From the human T2T-CHM13v2.0 reference genome, Homo sapiens, in the NCBI RefSeq assembly GCF_009914755.1, contig NC_060941.1: a DNA stretch of 64,000 nt; one strand, written 5' to 3'. Positions within the stretch are counted from its first letter, which is position 1; each line of letters starts with the position of its first letter. This document shows, in pieces, positions 60,079-64,000 of this stretch. The position numbers and the translations under genes were made by a program. The notes beneath the pieces were generated by a model. It made no database searches, was not told the DNA's origin, and saw only the letters and a program-made list of their open reading frames with translations.

Positions 60079-60253
60079 TGAGTTTAAATCTGGTTTCTCC
60101 ACTGTTAAGTTATTTATGAATTTCTAAGTTGCAGGCCCTGGTATATTTTTCTGTGAATTCAAGTTTGAGTTTAATTCTGGTTTCTTCACTTTTAGATCAT
60201 TTATAAATTTCTAAAGTGCAGACCCTGGTACATTTCTCTGTGGATGCAAGTTT
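60079..60253. repeat. Old 87-bp tandem duplication (2 diverged copies)
   Basis: tgagtttaaWtctggtttctYcact...ccctggtaYattt...caagttt twice. Confidence 0.85.
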
Positions 60254-61814
60254 CTGCTCCTGATTAGGTTACACAGATTAAGCTCAGTTTTGAATGTTCT
60301 CGTGTTTGAGGAGAGAAAAAAAACCTGAGTGTCTTATTAAGCCCTTGCAGTCTGACAGGTGCTGTGTGAAGTCAGGTTGCATAGGTTGAGGTTCTTCATG
60401 TCCAAGTCAAATTTCAGCTCCTCCTTTAGTTCTTAACTCTAAATTATAACACCATATTTCGGTGAGAGCCGAGCTCTCACCACAGTAATTGGCTAAATCA
60501 TCTTACTCAGATTCAAGGGCTTTGTGCAACTCTTAAAGCTGGTGACCAGTTCTCCCTCTTGAATGAAAGGAATGCCCCCATGCTCTAGTGGTGTTTCACT
60601 GTTTGGTCTTCCTGACCTTGAGCACAGTCCTCTTGACCTTAAGAAACGTCACCATGACATATAGTCTTCTTGCCCACACCAAGACCAAGGTAATCGAGGG
60701 ATTACTGAGCCAAAATAATCTACCTCTGTGAGCTCCAGCTCAATGAAGACCATTCGTGTTTTCAGCAGGCGACCAGATTCTATGAATGGCTGGGAGGGCT
60801 TTCTTGAAGATATCTTCCATGGGGTGCTGTCCTACATGACAACTAGAGAAAACAGCTTTCCAAATAGCCCAAGGCAGCAGTCATGAGGAAAGAAGGGCTT
60901 TTGACCTTCTTGCACAGTGTCTGCTGTCTCTTCCATAACTGCAGAAAAGGGCAATATTTGTCATTAAACCTCCCAGAGACATATCGGTTTCCTAAGATAT
61001 GTCATTCATTCAGCTTGATCCTGTTCTTCCAGTTAACCTGACTCATTCACAGGATTTAGGCTTTCATGGAGTAGATGAGGTTATGGTCTCAGCAGTGGAG
61101 CCAGCAAAAAATGATGTAGCTGTTAGGATTTTGAGATAATACACCTTTCCTGACCTCAAGGACTTATAGCCTCAGGGACAATTTCAAAAATGAGCAATAA
61201 GGCATGCACATTGGGCACCAGCTTTAACCCCGCCCAGGGAGGCAGTTCACACCTCCCCTAGAACATGGTGCTTATCATGGTGAGCCAGAGCCAGTGGCAA
61301 GTAAGAGCTGTTTCAGGGGGAAAAAAAACAGTTACAAAATGAGGATATTCTGGGCAAAGGAAATAGCACATACGAAGATGCAGAAGGATGAAAATGTAAG
61401 AAACAGCTGGAAAACTGCATGTGTGTATGGCTGGGATGCAGGAAGCAGGAGAGGAGAATGGAGGGGGCCATGTTTTGACCATAATCTCAGCCACTGAGGA
61501 GTCTAAGTATGACAAAAACATAATGTAAAGACCACCTTCTCATGGCTGCAGAGAACAGAATGGGGCAAGGTAGGCTCAAAACCAGGTGCTCAATGGGAGA
61601 GTGGTTCCAACAGCCCAGATAAGAAGTGGTGAGGCCTGATCAGAAGCAGTGGCAGAGATGAGGGAGAGGGGAAAATAGATTACAGAGAGATTTAGGAGAA
61701 TATCTGCAGGATTGATTGAATGTGGGAGATGGAGGAGAAGGAGAGTGTAAGGGGATTTTTCATCTTCTAGCTTGGACAAGTGGTCGGAAGAGCTTTTATC
61801 CCACTGTTCACTGA

Positions 61815-62161
<347 letters not shown>

Positions 62162-63922
62162 GTTGAGTTTTATGCTACCTGGTGGGTATCAAGGACAGGT
62201 ATGACACCGTTCATGGTATACACAGATACAGACGGTACTGAGATTCCCATTTACCAACAGGCAATTTCCCAGGAATCAATTTAGCTCACTTATTCCTCTC
62301 TCTCTAGGCTCACATCTGGGTCAGGCCTGAATCAGTCATTTTTCCACGATCAAATGCATGAGCGCCGTATTTTCATTTCTTTTAATTATAGTTTTATTCA
62401 TCCAAGCTTTCCAGGCATTTCTCTTTTAGAGTAAAATACATTTTGCCTTATTATTTCAACTTCAAAGACTCAACCCACCCTTTTCCCTCCTATTGCTTTC
62501 TTGTTCTTATACTGTATCATTTCCCCAGAGTTTAGAGGATGGCTTCCAGCTTTTTAGGCACGTGGACGAGGTCTATGAATATCCTGACAATTTGCTGTAA
62601 AGGTTTGAAATCATAAGAAGGCTACACATCTATGGGTTCCCTTCACAACTTAGGCCAAGTTGGTTTTTATGTGTGCTTAGCTACAGAAAATGATCACCCA
62701 CAAATCTAAACTATAAACAAAAATTATGCCGCAGGGTGGATGAAGTTTGGAATAAGTTTGATAAACATTCACCTCTTATAAATACTTGAGGAACCAACAT
62801 CGATTTAAGAATGCTTATGGGTGCCAAAGGAAGAATGGTTAGCAAGATAATTTCTAATCTTCCATGTGCACCCCAAATAGCTCCTATCTTACCTAAAAAG
62901 TTATTCCTAAATGGTGTTCCACTAACAAATTAAACAGCATGTGGGCTTTTAGAATTTGCTTGAATTTTAACTAACATCAAGAGGTTCAGTTCACATTCTA
63001 AGTTCACTCTAGTCAAGATAAAAAGTGGAACCTACACACACCAACGATTAGTCTTTGGAAATGAAGAATAAACACAAGAACTCCTCACCCTTGGTGATCT
63101 TTTTTGCTGGGCCCCTTGCCATGAGCACCTTCCATTTCTTTCCTCCTAGTTCTTTCTTCCTCATAAGGGAGAAAGCTCCTCTCTCTATATATATGTAGAG
63201 AGACAGGGCCCTTTTCAACTCTGAGCACTCTGACCTTCTGTTCTGAAATATGTGGGAGCTAAATAATAGAGAAGGCATGCAAATGATAGTCCCATTCTCT
63301 TAAGATGTAAATCTACAACCATAGCACCTGAGCCAAAAACAATTTAGATTGAACAAGCAGGATTCAAACATAACGAGCGTCGAAGTTAATCTGACACTAA
63401 TTTAATAGTATGCATAACTGTTATTCTGTTGCATGGCAATTAGGCTTAAGTGGTAAGCATTCGGGTAAATGACTTCAATTAGGATTACTTTCCATCTGTC
63501 AAGTCAAATATTTCTAAAGTCAACAGAGAAAGGGCAGTTGAAAAACAAGAGTTTGTATGTCATTTTCTTCCTTTTTCACTCCTTTTGTATTCTACCTACC
63601 AACACGCAAACACATGCATGTACACACAGAAACACACACACACTGTTGATGGGAGGAAACGGCCGATTCTCTAGTTAGTCATTTCCTCACAACCTTCCCT
63701 TTGATGGTGAACCCCATGATGACGTGTTTTGATTTTAGCAAAACATACCATTCTCCCTTAAGCTGTGGTGTGTCTAGTATGTAGCCCTCCAAGCACACAG
63801 AAGCAAGAAAACCTGAGCTTGAGGATGAGAGTGAGTATAATAAAGTGGGGTTGGAGGAGAAAATGAGAGGGTCCTTGAACACTAGGGCTATGAGTGCCCT
63901 TGACCATAAAAAAGCCATCTGC

Positions 63923-64000
63923 AGCCGAGCGGGATGGCTCATGCCTATGGTCCCAGCACTTTGGGAGGCTGAGGCAGGTGGATCATGAGGTCAGGAGATG
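63923..64000 (+). mobile_element. Alu left arm, truncated by the window edge
   Basis: ggctcatgcctatggtcccagcactttgggaggctgaggcaggtggatcatgaggtcaggag. Confidence 0.85.

Overview
Human (hominid) genomic DNA covering an internal part of DNAH9, the axonemal outer-arm dynein heavy chain 9 gene, on the + strand. Thirteen coding exons (5826-56958) with GT-AG boundaries and compatible phases splice into one stop-free 2393-nt frame of about 797 aa of the N-terminal tail. From memory (unverified) these are exons 7-19. The rest is intron filled with Alu, L1, L2, MIR, MaLR/ERV LTRs and MER/Tigger DNA transposons; an AluYa5 points to Homo sapiens. I see no evidence for a new gene or a new multi-gene system, and the ORF track outside the exons is repeat-derived or shadow ORFs. 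The most interesting features are structural. (1) An interleaved double inverted duplication A-B-A'-B' (pseudoknot topology, 97-98% identity) at 30956-31947. (2) A second 185-bp inverted duplication at 58147-58756. (3) A probable fossil copy of part of exon 16 in the preceding intron. (4) An L1 whose target-site duplication (TSD) copies the likely branch point of the first exon. (5) A three-arm Alu chimera with intact TSDs. (6) A triplicated insertion site shared by an Alu and an L1. (7) An exon with a dual acceptor/donor site bracketed by inverted Alus. Repeat family names come from recalled consensus sequences and need RepeatMasker/Dfam confirmation; boundaries of old repeats are approximate.
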